From positions 451,736-515,735 of the forward strand of contig CAVSAC010000010.1 in NCBI GenBank assembly GCA_963725865.1: a DNA stretch of 64,000 bases, read 5' to 3'. The notes under the pieces are model-generated. The model did not search any database and was not told the origin of the DNA. It was given only the letters and a program-made list of their open reading frames with translations. A program made the position numbers and the translations under genes. Shown here in pieces: positions 39,088-48,809 of the stretch (positions within the stretch are counted from its first letter, which is position 1; each line of letters begins with the position of its first letter). This stretch comes from Candidatus Eiseniibacteriota bacterium. GTDB lineage: Bacteria; Eisenbacteria; RBG-16-71-46.

Positions 39088-41147
39088 GCGCCCGCGCCCG
39101 CATCAGCATGCGCGTGGTGGTGATCTCGGCGACGGTGGCGATCGTGGCCGCGGCGGTGCTGTGCGTCGGAGCGGTCGCCGAACGCAACACGCGGCAGGCC
39201 CTCACCCGCGAGGCGCAGGCGCGACTGCTGCTGGAGGCCCGCAACCTCGCGCTCACCGGGGCCGGCGCGCTGCTGAGCGAGCTGCCCGAGCTCACGCTCT
39301 GCCCGGTGGTGCGCGAGCTCACCGAGTCGCGGCCCGAGCTGGCGTTCGCGGTGGTGCTCGATCACCGCGGCGTGGTCCAGGGCCACCGCGACGCGCGCGC
39401 CCTGGGGGGCACGTGGCGCCTGCCCGCAGGGCTCGCGCCGGTCGCCACCACCGCCCGCCTGCGCGCGGGCGAGGCGCTGCTCGGCGATCCCGACCTGCTG
39501 GTGGCCTCGGTGCCCGTGGCCAGCGCCGCCGGGCAGCGGCTGGGCCTCGCGGTGGTCGGCCTGCGCCGCGCCTACGTCGAGCAGACCGTCGCCGCCGCGC
39601 GGCGACAGCAGCTGCTGCTGGTCGCGCTGGTGCTGGCGGCGGGGAGCGTGCTCGCGTTCCTGCTGCTGACCGCGCTGCTGCGTCCCATCGGGGCGCTGCG
39701 CGCGGGCCTCGAGCGCATCGGGCGCGGCGACCTCGATGCCCCGATCGCGCTCCGCAGCGGGACCGAGCTGGGACTGCTCGCCGACGCGGTCGACGACATG
39801 GCGGCCCGCCTCAAGGTCGCGCGGCACGAGATGGTCGAGAAGGAACGGCTGGCGCGCGACGTCGAGCTGGCGCGTCAGATCCAGGAGCACCTGCTGCCGG
39901 CCGGCTCCCGCACGGTCGGCGACTTCACGCTGTGCGGCTCGCACCGCGCCGCGGCCGAGGTCGGCGGCGACTACTTCGATCTGCTCCCGCTCGCGGACGG
40001 ACGCTGGGCGGTCGCGATCGCCGATGTCTCCGGCAAGGGGCTGGGCGGCTGCCTGGTGATGTCGATGGTGTCCGCGCTGCTGCGGGCGCTGCGCGCCGAG
40101 CATCACTCGCCGGCCGCGCTGCTCGCGGCACTCGAGGAGCAGCTCGCTCCCACCCTGACCCCCGGCACCTTCGTGACGATGTTCTACGGCACCCTCGACC
40201 CGGCGAGCGGCACGCTTCAGTACGCCTCGGCCGGCCACTCCCCGCTGCTGGTGTGGCGCGCGGCCGCGGCCCAGGTCGAGTGGCACCCCACGCGCGGCAT
40301 CCCGATCGGCGCGGTGCGCGGCGGAGTGCTGCGCGGCACGCTGGAGGATCGCACCGTGACGCTGGAGCCCGGCGACCTGCTGTTCCAGTTCACCGACGGC
40401 GCCAGCGAGGCCACCGACCCGGCCGAGCGGGAGTTCGGCTTCGACGGCATCGAACGCGTCGTGATCGAGCACGCCGCCCGCGGTGCCGAGGCGGTGGTCG
40501 CGGCACTCGGCGACGCGCTCGCGCGGTGGTCCGGCGGCGGGGCGCCGGCCGACGACCAGACCCTGCTCGCGGTGGCGCGCGCCGCGCCGCTCGCCGGCGC
40601 GATCCCGGCGCGAGCCCCGCTCGCGGCCGCCGACCCGCTCGCGCTGCTCGAGCACGCGCGCGCGCGCGGCCATCGACTGGAGCTCGCTCCGCGGCTCGCG
40701 GCGCTCGAGGCGCTGGGCCCGTGGATCGCCGGCCTCCCCGACGTCGGCGCGCTCGACGCGGACGCGCGCCTGGTCATCGAGTCGGCGCTCCACGAGCTGT
40801 GCGCCAACGTGGTGGAGCACGGATCGGCGCCGGGCGCCGAGGCGCCGCTCGAGCTCTGGTGGCTCCCGGCCATCGATCCGGCCGGCGGAACCGCCGAGCG
40901 CGTGCGGGCCGGGTGCTTCGTGCTCCGCGACCGCGGCTTCCCGTTCCGCCCCGAGCGGCGCCATCCGTTCGATCCCGCGCACCACGAGGCGTGGCGTCGC
41001 GGGCGTGGTCTGGGGCTCGAGCTGATCCACCGCGCGCTGAGCGAAGTGGTCTTCCGGCCGGGGACGGCCGCCGGCAATCTCACGCTGCTGGCGTTCGATC
41101 CCGGACGCGCCGTTGTCCAACCCGAGGAGCGACGACATGGCGGATGA
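39084..41147 (+). CDS. Membrane sensor: TM + HAMP + PP2C (SpoIIE/RsbU-type) phosphatase fused to HATPase_c (RsbW-like Ser kinase)
   Basis: Its ATG overlaps the upstream stop (ATGA). Two TM helices flank a periplasmic region. HAMP (…LRPIGALRAGLERIGRGDLDAPI…), PP2C motifs (GGDYFDL, ADVSGKG, QFTDGASEA), and a C-terminal LVIESALHELCANVVEHG H-box/N-box. Confidence 0.75.
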   Translation: MSARARISMRVVVISATVAIVAAAVLCVGAVAERNTRQALTREAQARLLLEARNLALTGAGALLSELPELTLCPVVRELTESRPELAFAVVLDHRGVVQGHRDARALGGTWRLPAGLAPVATTARLRAGEALLGDPDLLVASVPVASAAGQRLGLAVVGLRRAYVEQTVAAARRQQLLLVALVLAAGSVLAFLLLTALLRPIGALRAGLERIGRGDLDAPIALRSGTELGLLADAVDDMAARLKVARHEMVEKERLARDVELARQIQEHLLPAGSRTVGDFTLCGSHRAAAEVGGDYFDLLPLADGRWAVAIADVSGKGLGGCLVMSMVSALLRALRAEHHSPAALLAALEEQLAPTLTPGTFVTMFYGTLDPASGTLQYASAGHSPLLVWRAAAAQVEWHPTRGIPIGAVRGGVLRGTLEDRTVTLEPGDLLFQFTDGASEATDPAEREFGFDGIERVVIEHAARGAEAVVAALGDALARWSGGGAPADDQTLLAVARAAPLAGAIPARAPLAAADPLALLEHARARGHRLELAPRLAALEALGPWIAGLPDVGALDADARLVIESALHELCANVVEHGSAPGAEAPLELWWLPAIDPAGGTAERVRAGCFVLRDRGFPFRPERRHPFDPAHHEAWRRGRGLGLELIHRALSEVVFRPGTAAGNLTLLAFDPGRAVVQPEERRHGG

Positions 41148-41487
41148 CTTCGAGATCGAGATCGATCGCAGCCACCCACCGGCCACCGTGGTGCGCGTGC
41201 GCGGCCGCGTCGATGGCCGCACCGCCCCGCGCCTGCTGCGCGAGAGCCTGGCGGCTCGCCGCGCGGGTGCGCTGCTGCTGCTGAACCTCGCCGAGGTGCG
41301 TTTCATCTCCTCGGCCGGAGTCGGCGCGCTCATGGTGCTGGCCGAGACGCTCGGCAAGGAAGGTGGCGGACTGCGGCTGGCTCCGGTGTCGGGCGCGGTG
41401 CGGACCGTGCTCGGCCTGCTCAACCTGGACCAGTTCCTCAGGATCGGCGAGACCGAGGACGAAGCGCTCGGCCGGCTGGGCAGCTGA
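41137..41487 (+). CDS. STAS-domain anti-sigma-factor antagonist (RsbV/SpoIIAA-like)
   Basis: MADDFEIEIDRSHPPATVVRVRGRVDGRTAPRL...LNLAEVRFISSAGVGALM, a STAS fold with the phosphorylatable Ser in the FISSAG motif. GAGGAG RBS. Overlaps the upstream gene by 11 nt. Confidence 0.7.
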   Translation: MADDFEIEIDRSHPPATVVRVRGRVDGRTAPRLLRESLAARRAGALLLLNLAEVRFISSAGVGALMVLAETLGKEGGGLRLAPVSGAVRTVLGLLNLDQFLRIGETEDEALGRLGS

Positions 41488-41488
41488 C

Positions 41489-42820
41489 ATGGGCGAGCCC
41501 GCACGCGATCGCACTCCAGGCCGCGGCCGGCGCCCGCGGCCGCCGCGGCTGACGCCGCTCCCGCCGGGACCGCGCGAGTTGCCGGACGCGCGGCTGGCGG
41601 AGCGGCGCGAGAACTCGCTGATGGCACTGTTCGAGCTGAGTCACGAACTCGATCTGTCGCGCGACCCGTTCGCGATGGGCGAGCTCGCGCTCCTCAATCT
41701 GCTGGGACACTTCGGGACGCCGCGCGCCGCGGTGTGGGGCTTCCCCGCGGACGATCCCGACGCGGCCGTGCCGCTGGCGGCCTTCGGGCTGCCGGAGGGC
41801 GAGGCGGCCGCACTCGGACCGCGGCTGCGGCAGGCGCCCGAGCCGGCGGGCGCGGCCGACGGCGAACCGAAGGAGCTCGAGCTGCCGGCCGCGGCGCGAC
41901 AGGCGGGATTCGCGGCAGTGGTGCCGATCCTCGCGCGCGATCGGCGCATCGGCGTGCTGGCGCTCGGCGCGCGGGTGGGCGGCGAGCCCTACCGGAGCCT
42001 CGACCTCGACCACCTGCGGACCGCGGCGCGCATGCTGGGCGCGGCGCTCGAGAACGCCCGCCTCCAGCAGCACACCGCCGAAGTCAACCGCCGGCTGCGC
42101 CGCGCGAACGAGGAGCTCACCCAGGCCGACCACCTCAAGGCGCAGTTCGTCCAGAACGTGAACCACGAGATGCGCACGCCACTCGCGGTGCTGCAGGGCT
42201 ACCTCGAGATCCTGGCGGACGCCGAGGGCGCGAGCGAGCTCCAGATGCGCGCGTGCGAGGCGATGCTGGTGCAGATCGAGCGGCTGACGCGCATGGTGCG
42301 GGACCTGCTCGAATACTCCGCGCTCTCCGACGGGGCCGGACGCGCGACGCTCGAACCGGTGGCTTTGCCGGCCGCGCTCGAGCGCTACGCCGCCGAGCGC
42401 CGCCCCGGCGTGCTCGCGGGGCTGCGCACGCTCGAGACGCGGATCGAGGAACCCCTGCCGGCCGCGCTGGCCGATCCCCGCCGTCTCGAGCGCACGCTCG
42501 ACGCGCTGGTCGACAACGCGATGCGCTTCACCCCGCCCGGCACCCGGATCGTGATCCGCGCCGCCGTGCTCCAGCGCGCGGACGAGCGCTGGCTGGGGAT
42601 CGAGGTCGTGGACGACGGTCCGGGGATCGAGCCGGACCGTCTCGAGCGGCTGTTCGACGCGTTCCGCCAGGGGGACGGCTCGAGCACCCGCACCGTCGGT
42701 GGCCTCGGCCTCGGGCTCGCGCTGGCGCGCGAGCAGGCGGCCAGCATGGAAGGCGGGCTGGAGGCCGAGAGCACGCCCGGTCGGGGGGCCACGTTCCGAC
42801 TGCTGCTGCGGCCGGCGTGA
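41489..42820 (+). CDS. GAF-domain sensor histidine kinase (HisKA + HATPase_c), no adjacent response regulator
   Basis: VNHEMRTPLAVLQGYLEIL H-box and DDGPGI...GGLGLGLAL G-boxes. N-terminal GAF-like region. Its ATG is 1 nt after the STAS gene stop. Confidence 0.8.
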   Translation: MGEPARDRTPGRGRRPRPPRLTPLPPGPRELPDARLAERRENSLMALFELSHELDLSRDPFAMGELALLNLLGHFGTPRAAVWGFPADDPDAAVPLAAFGLPEGEAAALGPRLRQAPEPAGAADGEPKELELPAAARQAGFAAVVPILARDRRIGVLALGARVGGEPYRSLDLDHLRTAARMLGAALENARLQQHTAEVNRRLRRANEELTQADHLKAQFVQNVNHEMRTPLAVLQGYLEILADAEGASELQMRACEAMLVQIERLTRMVRDLLEYSALSDGAGRATLEPVALPAALERYAAERRPGVLAGLRTLETRIEEPLPAALADPRRLERTLDALVDNAMRFTPPGTRIVIRAAVLQRADERWLGIEVVDDGPGIEPDRLERLFDAFRQGDGSSTRTVGGLGLGLALAREQAASMEGGLEAESTPGRGATFRLLLRPA

Positions 42821-42826
42821 TCCGCG

Positions 42827-42848
42827 GGCGCGCGTGGTACCGCGCGCC
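42827..42848. terminator. Bidirectional GC hairpin between the convergent HK and rarA genes
   Basis: GGCGCGCG-TGGTAC-CGCGCGCC is a perfect 8-bp stem. Confidence 0.4.
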
Positions 42849-42850
42849 GC

Positions 42851-44212
42851 TCAGCGCGACTCGCCGCCGGCCTCGCCGCCCGCGGTGCCTTCTTGCGCGC
42901 GCTTCGCCAGCAGGGCCTCCCACGCCCGCATGCGGCGCGCGATCTCGGCCTCGTGCCCGTGAGTCGTCGGCTCGTAGAAGCGCCGGCCCACCAGCTCGTC
43001 CGGCAGGTGCTGCTGGTCGGCGATGCCGCCGGCCTCGTCGTGCGCGTAGCGGTAGCCGGCGCCGTAGCCGAGCTCCTTCATCAGGCGCGTGGGCGCGTTG
43101 CGGATCACCAGCGGCGGCGCCAGCGAGCCGCTCTCCTCGACCTCGGCCTGCGCCTTGCCCAGGCCCAGGTACACGGCGTTGCTCTTGGCCGCGGTCGCCA
43201 GGTAGGCGCAGCATTGGGCGATCGCCAGCTCGCCCTCGGGGGTGCCGAGCTGGTGATAGGCCTGGAACGCGGCCACCGCGATCACCAGCGCCTGGGGGTC
43301 GGCGTTGCCCACGTCCTCGCTCGCGAAGCGCACCAGCCGGCGCGCGACGTACAGCGGATCCTCGCCGGCGGCGAACATGCGCGCCAGCCAGTAGAGCCCG
43401 GCGTGCGGGTCGGAGTCGCGCAGCGACTTGTGGAGCGCCGAGATCAGGTTGTAGTGCTCCTCGCCCGCGCGGTCGTAACGCAGGTGGCGGCGCGCGAGCG
43501 CCTGGCGCGCGCTGTCGAGCGTGATGCGCCCCTGCACCGCCGCGGCCGCCGCCAGCTCGAGCGCCCCGAGCGCGCGCCGCGCGTCGCCGTCGCCGGCGTT
43601 CGCCAGCAGGTCGAGCGCCTCGGGATCGGCGGTGAGCGAGCCGCCGATGCCGCGCTCGGGGTCGGCGAGCGCGCGCTCCAGCAGCGTGCGCAGGTCGGCG
43701 GGCGCGAGATCCTTCAGCACCACCACGCGGGCGCGCGAGAGCAGCGCCGCATTCACCTCGAAGGAGGGGTTCTCGGTGGTGGCGCCGATCAGCACGATGT
43801 CGCCCTTCTCGACGTGCGAGAGGAACGCGTCCTGCTGAGCCTTGTTGAAGCGGTGGATCTCGTCCACGAACAGCAGCGTCGGCCGGCCCGAGCGGCGGCG
43901 CTCGAGCACCGCGCGCTCCATGGTCTCGCGCACCTCCTTCACGCCCGAGAGCACGGCGCTGAACTGCACGAACCGCACGCCGGCGGTCTGCGCGAGCAGG
44001 CGCGCGATGGTGGTCTTGCCGGTGCCCGGCGGACCCCACAGCACGACGGAGGCGAGGTGCTTGCCGTCGCGCATGAGCGCGAGCGGCGAGCCCGGCGCGA
44101 ACAGGTGCTCCTGCCCGACCAGCTCGTCGAACGTCCGCGGGCGCATGCGGTCGGCGAGCGGGCTGCGGCTCGCGGACTCAGGCGCTACACCGCCGAACAG
44201 GTCCTCGCTCAT
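42851..44212 (-). CDS. rarA: Replication-associated recombination protein A (RarA/MgsA AAA+ ATPase)
   Basis: MSEDLFGG...[16 protein letters not shown]...[15 protein letters not shown]...[18 protein letters not shown]. Internal ATG of track ORF 42851..45040. Its ATG overlaps the cbiO stop. Confidence 0.85.
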   Translation of the reverse strand: MSEDLFGGVAPESASRSPLADRMRPRTFDELVGQEHLFAPGSPLALMRDGKHLASVVLWGPPGTGKTTIARLLAQTAGVRFVQFSAVLSGVKEVRETMERAVLERRRSGRPTLLFVDEIHRFNKAQQDAFLSHVEKGDIVLIGATTENPSFEVNAALLSRARVVVLKDLAPADLRTLLERALADPERGIGGSLTADPEALDLLANAGDGDARRALGALELAAAAAVQGRITLDSARQALARRHLRYDRAGEEHYNLISALHKSLRDSDPHAGLYWLARMFAAGEDPLYVARRLVRFASEDVGNADPQALVIAVAAFQAYHQLGTPEGELAIAQCCAYLATAAKSNAVYLGLGKAQAEVEESGSLAPPLVIRNAPTRLMKELGYGAGYRYAHDEAGGIADQQHLPDELVGRRFYEPTTHGHEAEIARRMRAWEALLAKRAQEGTAGGEAGGESR

Positions 44213-45066
44213 GACGCATCCGGCTCCCGCCGCGCGGCGAGGCCGCGCGCGAGTGTCTCGGCCGCCTCGTCGACCGAGGTCGGGCGGCCGAGCCTCAGGC
44301 CCTTCTCCTCGAGGCGCTGGAACAGCTCGGCCAGCACCGGCGGCTCGATGTTGCTGCGACGCAGCATGCCGGGATCGCGGAAGATGGTGGCGGGCGGCCC
44401 CTGCGCCACGATCTCGCCACCGCGCAGCAGCACGTAGACCTGGTCCGCCATCGCGGGGACCACGTTCACGTCGTGGGTCGCGATCACCAGCGAGACGCCG
44501 TGGTCGCGGTGCAGGCGGTTGAGCAGCTCGACCAGGTCGCTGCGCGACGCCGGATCGAGCCCTTCGAACGGCTCGTCGAGCACCAGCAGCTCGGGCTGCA
44601 ACACCAGCGCGCCGGCGAGCGCCACCTTGCGCTTCTCGCCGCCCGAGAGGTGATGGCAGACCTTGTGACGCAGGTGCGCGATGCCCACCATCCCGAGCGC
44701 CTCCTCGACCAGCCGCTCCACCTCGGCATCGGGGTAGCCGTACGAGCGCGGCGAGAACGACACGTCGTCCCACACCGTCGGCGCCAGGATCTGCTCCTCG
44801 ACGTTCTGCAGCAGCACGCCGATGCGCTCGCGGATGCGGTTGAAGTGGCGCGCGGGGCTGACCCCGAACACCGACACCTCGCCCTCGGCCGGCTCCAGCA
44901 GGCCCAGGATGTGGTAGAGCAGCGTGGTCTTGCCGCAGCCGTTCGGCCCCAGGATCACCACGCGCTCGGACGGCGCGACCACGAAGTCGAGCCCGCACAG
45001 GTGGACCTCGGTGCGGTCGGGGTACACGTGGCGCACGCACGAGACCCGGACGATCGGCTCGCTCAC
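44209..45066 (-). CDS. cbiO: ECF/cobalt transporter ATP-binding protein (CbiO)
   Basis: GPNGCGKTT Walker A, LSGGEKRKVALAG signature, LVLDEP Walker B. GTG start overlaps the cbiQ stop (GTGA). Confidence 0.8.
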   Translation of the reverse strand: MSEPIVRVSCVRHVYPDRTEVHLCGLDFVVAPSERVVILGPNGCGKTTLLYHILGLLEPAEGEVSVFGVSPARHFNRIRERIGVLLQNVEEQILAPTVWDDVSFSPRSYGYPDAEVERLVEEALGMVGIAHLRHKVCHHLSGGEKRKVALAGALVLQPELLVLDEPFEGLDPASRSDLVELLNRLHRDHGVSLVIATHDVNVVPAMADQVYVLLRGGEIVAQGPPATIFRDPGMLRRSNIEPPVLAELFQRLEEKGLRLGRPTSVDEAAETLARGLAARREPDAS

Positions 45067-45792
45067 GGCGTCCTCCACAGCAGAACGGCCGCCGCCGCCG
45101 CCGCGACGCCCGCCAGCGCCACGCCGAGGTCGGCGCGCGTCCACTCGGCCCAGTGCCGGCAGCCGCACATGCGCCCCGAGTGGCCGCGCAGCTGGAGGAC
45201 CGCGACCAGTCGTTCGCTGCGCTCGAATCCGTACAGCACGAGCGTTCCGAGGCCCTCGCCCGCGAGCGTGAGCCGGCGCGGTGGCGGCGCGCTCGTCCCG
45301 CCGCGCAGCCGCATCGCGCGCCACAGGCGCTCGATCCGCGCCAGCAGCTCGAACAGCGCCCGATAGGTCAGGAACAGGCCGTCGCCGGCCGCGCGCGGCA
45401 GCAATCGCGAGAGCGGGGCGAACAGGTCGGGGTAGGGCGTGGTCCCCACCAGCCACACCGCGGTGAGGCTCGCGGTGATCGGCCGCGCCAGCAGTCGCAG
45501 CGGCGTCGCCCAGGTGCCGTCCCAGGCGGCGAACACGAACACCAGCGAGAACACGATCGGGTATCCGGCGGCCGCGAGCACCAGCCGCACGGGCAGGCGG
45601 CTGGTGGCCGCCAGCGCGAGCGCGCACCCGAACAGCGCACCCACCAGCGCGAGCGACGGCGCCAGCACCGCGAGCGCGATGAGCCCGGCCGCGAGCAACA
45701 GCTTCGACAGCGCGCTCGCGCGGTGCCACAGCGTGCCCCCGGCGCTCGCGTACCAGTCGATGCGCGAGATGGTGTCGATCATCGCGTTCTCC
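45063..45792 (-). CDS. cbiQ: Cobalt ECF transporter T component (CbiQ)
   Basis: MIDTISRIDWYASAGGTLWHRASALSKLLLAA... are CbiQ-family TM helices. Sits between cbiM and cbiO. Confidence 0.75.
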
Positions 45793-46459
45793 CCGCAGTC
45801 GGCAGCAGATCGGGCCGCACCCGCGCCAGGAATCGTCCGGTCCCGTACGCGACCAGCGTCTCGATCGCGATCCCCAGCAGCCACATCGGCAGCGCCACCG
45901 CGCCGAGGGCCATCGTACGCCCGGCGTGGAGCGGATGGGCGCCGTGGAGCGGCTCGAACGCGAACCCGGGGCGCAGCTGCATCGCGGCCACGATCACCAC
46001 CACCCACAGCAGCCCGGACACCGCCTGGGCGCCTGCCGTGGCGGCCGCGAGCGCGCCCGGCGCGCTCATGCGGGCGGCGAAGGCGCGGTACAGCGGGCGC
46101 GCGAGCGCGGTGCCGGCCCCCAGCACCAGCGCGTTGAGCCCGATCACGGTGAAGCCGCCGTGCCCGACGAACGCCAGGATGGTGACCGCGATGAACACCA
46201 CCTGGTAGCCCCCCGCCGCACCCACCAGCACTCCGAGCGGGCCGATCAGGCTCAGATGGTACTCGAGCGGCCCGAGCGGGATCTCGATCGCCATCGCCGC
46301 CAGCACCAGGGCGCCGAGCGCGCTCTGGTAGCCCAGCCGTCGCCGCGCGTCGCCCTCGCCGCCGCGCGCGCTGATGGCCAACAGCACGAGCGCGAGCAAC
46401 AGGGCGGGCACCCACACCATCAGCGGCAGCAGCCCGTCGGGAATGTGCAGGTGGGCCAT
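45779..46459 (-). CDS. cbiM: Cobalt transport protein CbiM
   Basis: MAHLHIPDGLL is the N-terminal CbiM signature. Polytopic. Confidence 0.8.
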   Translation of the reverse strand: MAHLHIPDGLLPLMVWVPALLLALVLLAISARGGEGDARRRLGYQSALGALVLAAMAIEIPLGPLEYHLSLIGPLGVLVGAAGGYQVVFIAVTILAFVGHGGFTVIGLNALVLGAGTALARPLYRAFAARMSAPGALAAATAGAQAVSGLLWVVVIVAAMQLRPGFAFEPLHGAHPLHAGRTMALGAVALPMWLLGIAIETLVAYGTGRFLARVRPDLLPTAGRTR

Positions 46460-46460
46460 G

Positions 46461-47226
46461 TCACTGGGCCCAGGCGAGCGCGGCCGCGGCCGGCTCGGCG
46501 CCGGCGGCGGCGAGCGTGTCGAGGCACGACTCGAGCGTCGATCCGGTGGTGATCACGTCGTCCACCACCAGCACCCGCCGGCCCGCGACCCCAGCGGGCC
46601 GCGCGAGTCGGAATGCGCCCGCCAGGTTCGCGCGCCGCGCGCGCGCGTCGAGGCGCGCCTGCGCCCGGGTGGGCCGCACGCGCACCAGCGGCCCCTGCAG
46701 CAGCGGCACCCCGAGGCGCTCGGCCACCGCCGACGCGAGCAGCGCGGCCTGGTCGTAGCCGCGCTCGCGCCGGCGCGCCGCGTGCAGCGGCACCCCGATC
46801 ACCAGCTCGGGCGCCAGCGCGGGCGGCAGCGCCGCGGCGATCGCCGTGCCGAGCGACTCCGCGAGCGCGGGCCGCGCGGCGAACTTGAGCGCGTGCACCA
46901 CCAGCGCCGCACGCTCGTCGTAGATCCATGCCGGCCACACGACGTGCGCGGCGTGGCGCCGGCAGCCGACCGGCTCGCGGCCGCGCGCGAGGCATCGCGC
47001 GCAGAGCGCGATCGCCACGCGCGGGATGCGGGCGAGGCAGTCCGCGCACAGCAGCGCGCGGGGATCGGCGGCGGCTCCGCAGCCCGGGCAGCGCTGCGGG
47101 AGCGCGAACGCCTCGAGCACCTCCGCCAGCGGTCGCAGCGCGCGCGCGCCGGCGGCGAGCGCCGCCGGGCCCCGGCAGCCCGCGGTGGCGGCGAGGGCGG
47201 CGGCCGCGCCGCTCATCGGGGCCATC
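46461..47226 (-). CDS. comF: ComF family protein (phosphoribosyltransferase domain, Zn-finger N-terminus)
   Basis: CPGCG...C..C Zn ribbon and VLVVDDVITTGSTL PRTase motif. The long track ORF 46461..47672 includes non-coding read-through. Confidence 0.7.
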
Positions 47227-48013
47227 CGACCGCGCGCGCGAGCGGCTCCAGCGGCACTTCGCGCCCGGTCCAGATCGCGAGCGCCCGCCGCGCCTGGTGC
47301 ACCAGCAGTCCGAGGCCGTCGAAGGACTGGCGGCCGGCCGCGCGCGCCGCCAGCACCCACGGGGTCGGCTCGGGCCCGTACACCAGGTCCAGCACCAGCG
47401 CGGCGGGCGGGATGCGCTCCACGGGATAGGCACCGCTGAGGCCCGCGAGCGGCGTGCCGTTCACCACCACGTCGGCCACCGCCACCGCCGCGTGCACCGA
47501 CTCCGTGCCCCACGGGATCACCGCGGCACCGGCGATCTCGTGCCACGCGGCGGCCGCCGCGGCGGGGCGCCGCGCCGCGACCGTGACCGACGCGCCCGCC
47601 TCGATGAGCGCGAGGCCGATGCTGCGCGCCGCTCCGCCGGCCCCCAGCAGCACGACGCGCAGGCCATCGCACGCGCGACCCTGGGCGCGCAGCAGATCGA
47701 TGAAGCCGGCGCCGTCGGTGGTGTCGCCGCGCACGGCGTCGGCGTCGAACGAGACCGTGTTCACCGACCGCGCGCGCCGCGCGGACGGCGCGATCGCGCC
47801 GACGTGCCCGAGCGCGGCCTCCTTGAGCGGAGACGTGAGGTTCACGCCGCGGAACCCCGCCGCGATCAGCTCGGCGAACACGCTGCCGAGCCGCGCGGGC
47901 GTCACCCGGAGCGGTTCGGACTCGCCGTGCAGGCCGAGTGCCGCGAGCCCCGCGCGATGGAGTTCGGGCGAGCGGGTGTAGCTCAGCGGATCACCGAGGA
48001 CCGCGAGGCGCAC
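47213..48013 (-). CDS. aroE: Shikimate dehydrogenase
   Basis: MRLAVLGDPLSYTRSPELH...NVTSPLK...LLGAGGAARS is the AroE signature. Confidence 0.8.
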   Translation of the reverse strand: MRLAVLGDPLSYTRSPELHRAGLAALGLHGESEPLRVTPARLGSVFAELIAAGFRGVNLTSPLKEAALGHVGAIAPSARRARSVNTVSFDADAVRGDTTDGAGFIDLLRAQGRACDGLRVVLLGAGGAARSIGLALIEAGASVTVAARRPAAAAAAWHEIAGAAVIPWGTESVHAAVAVADVVVNGTPLAGLSGAYPVERIPPAALVLDLVYGPEPTPWVLAARAAGRQSFDGLGLLVHQARRALAIWTGREVPLEPLARAVGWPR

Positions 48014-48022
48014 GGCGGGCGC

Positions 48023-48805
48023 TCACGCCGGCACGCTGCGCCGCAGGCGCAGCATCATGAGCACGCCGAACAGCGCGAGCGCGACGCTGGTGAGCTGACT
48101 CTCGGTGAACGGCACCCCGCCGATCGTCGCGAGCACGGCGCCGGGCTCGTAGGCGCGCGTCAGGTCGATCGGGATGCGCACCAGGGAGAACGCCAGCACG
48201 AAGCCCCAGAACAGCGTGCCGGGGGGCGCCAGCCGCTTGCGCAGCGCCCAGGCCAGCGCGAACAGCCCCAGTCCGGCGGCGGCGTTGTAGAGCTGCGACG
48301 GATGCACGGGCACCGTCCCGTAGTCGAGCCCCGCGAAGGAGTCGGCCGGGAACTCGACGCCCCACGGCAGCCGGGTGGGGCGCCCGTAGCAGCAACCGTT
48401 GAGGAAGCATCCGACGCGCCCGAACATGGTGCCCAGGGCCAGCGACGGGGTGAGCGCGTCGGCCACGGTCCACATCGGCTGGTGGAGCCGCCGCGCGACC
48501 AGCAGGCCGGCCACCGTGCCGCCCACGATGCCGCCATAGAGCGTGAGCCCGCCCTGCCACAGTGCCAGCACGCTGCCCCACTGGCGGCGGAAGTCCTCGA
48601 GGTGCTCCATCACGTAAAGCAGCCGCGCCCCCAGCACCGAGCACACGAGCGTGGCCAGGATGATGGTCACCAGCGCGTCCTCGTCGATCCGCAGCCGGCG
48701 CGCCTCGCGCAGCGCCAGCCAGGTGCCGAACAGGAACGCGATCGCGAGCATCAGGCCGTAGGAGCGGATGTGAAGCGCCCCCCAGTGGAGGATTTCGGGA
48801 TGCAC
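48023..48805 (-). CDS. lgt: Prolipoprotein diacylglyceryl transferase
   Basis: ...RSYGLMLAIAFLFG...GARLLYV...MFGRVGCFLNGCCYGRPT (Lgt signature G-x-x-GCF-x-GCC-x-G). Probable GTG start (VHPEILHW) 4 nt after the rodA stop; alternative ATG at 48853. Confidence 0.75.
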   Translation of the reverse strand: MHPEILHWGALHIRSYGLMLAIAFLFGTWLALREARRLRIDEDALVTIILATLVCSVLGARLLYVMEHLEDFRRQWGSVLALWQGGLTLYGGIVGGTVAGLLVARRLHQPMWTVADALTPSLALGTMFGRVGCFLNGCCYGRPTRLPWGVEFPADSFAGLDYGTVPVHPSQLYNAAAGLGLFALAWALRKRLAPPGTLFWGFVLAFSLVRIPIDLTRAYEPGAVLATIGGVPFTESQLTSVALALFGVLMMLRLRRSVPA

Positions 48806-48809
48806 GGAA

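Noticed and set aside
39084-42820. Considered calling the PP2C-HATPase/STAS/HK trio a sigma-B stressosome module.
   Set aside because: No RsbR/RsbS-type STAS scaffold pair, RsbT kinase or sigma factor gene is present. Only the partner-switch core is supported.
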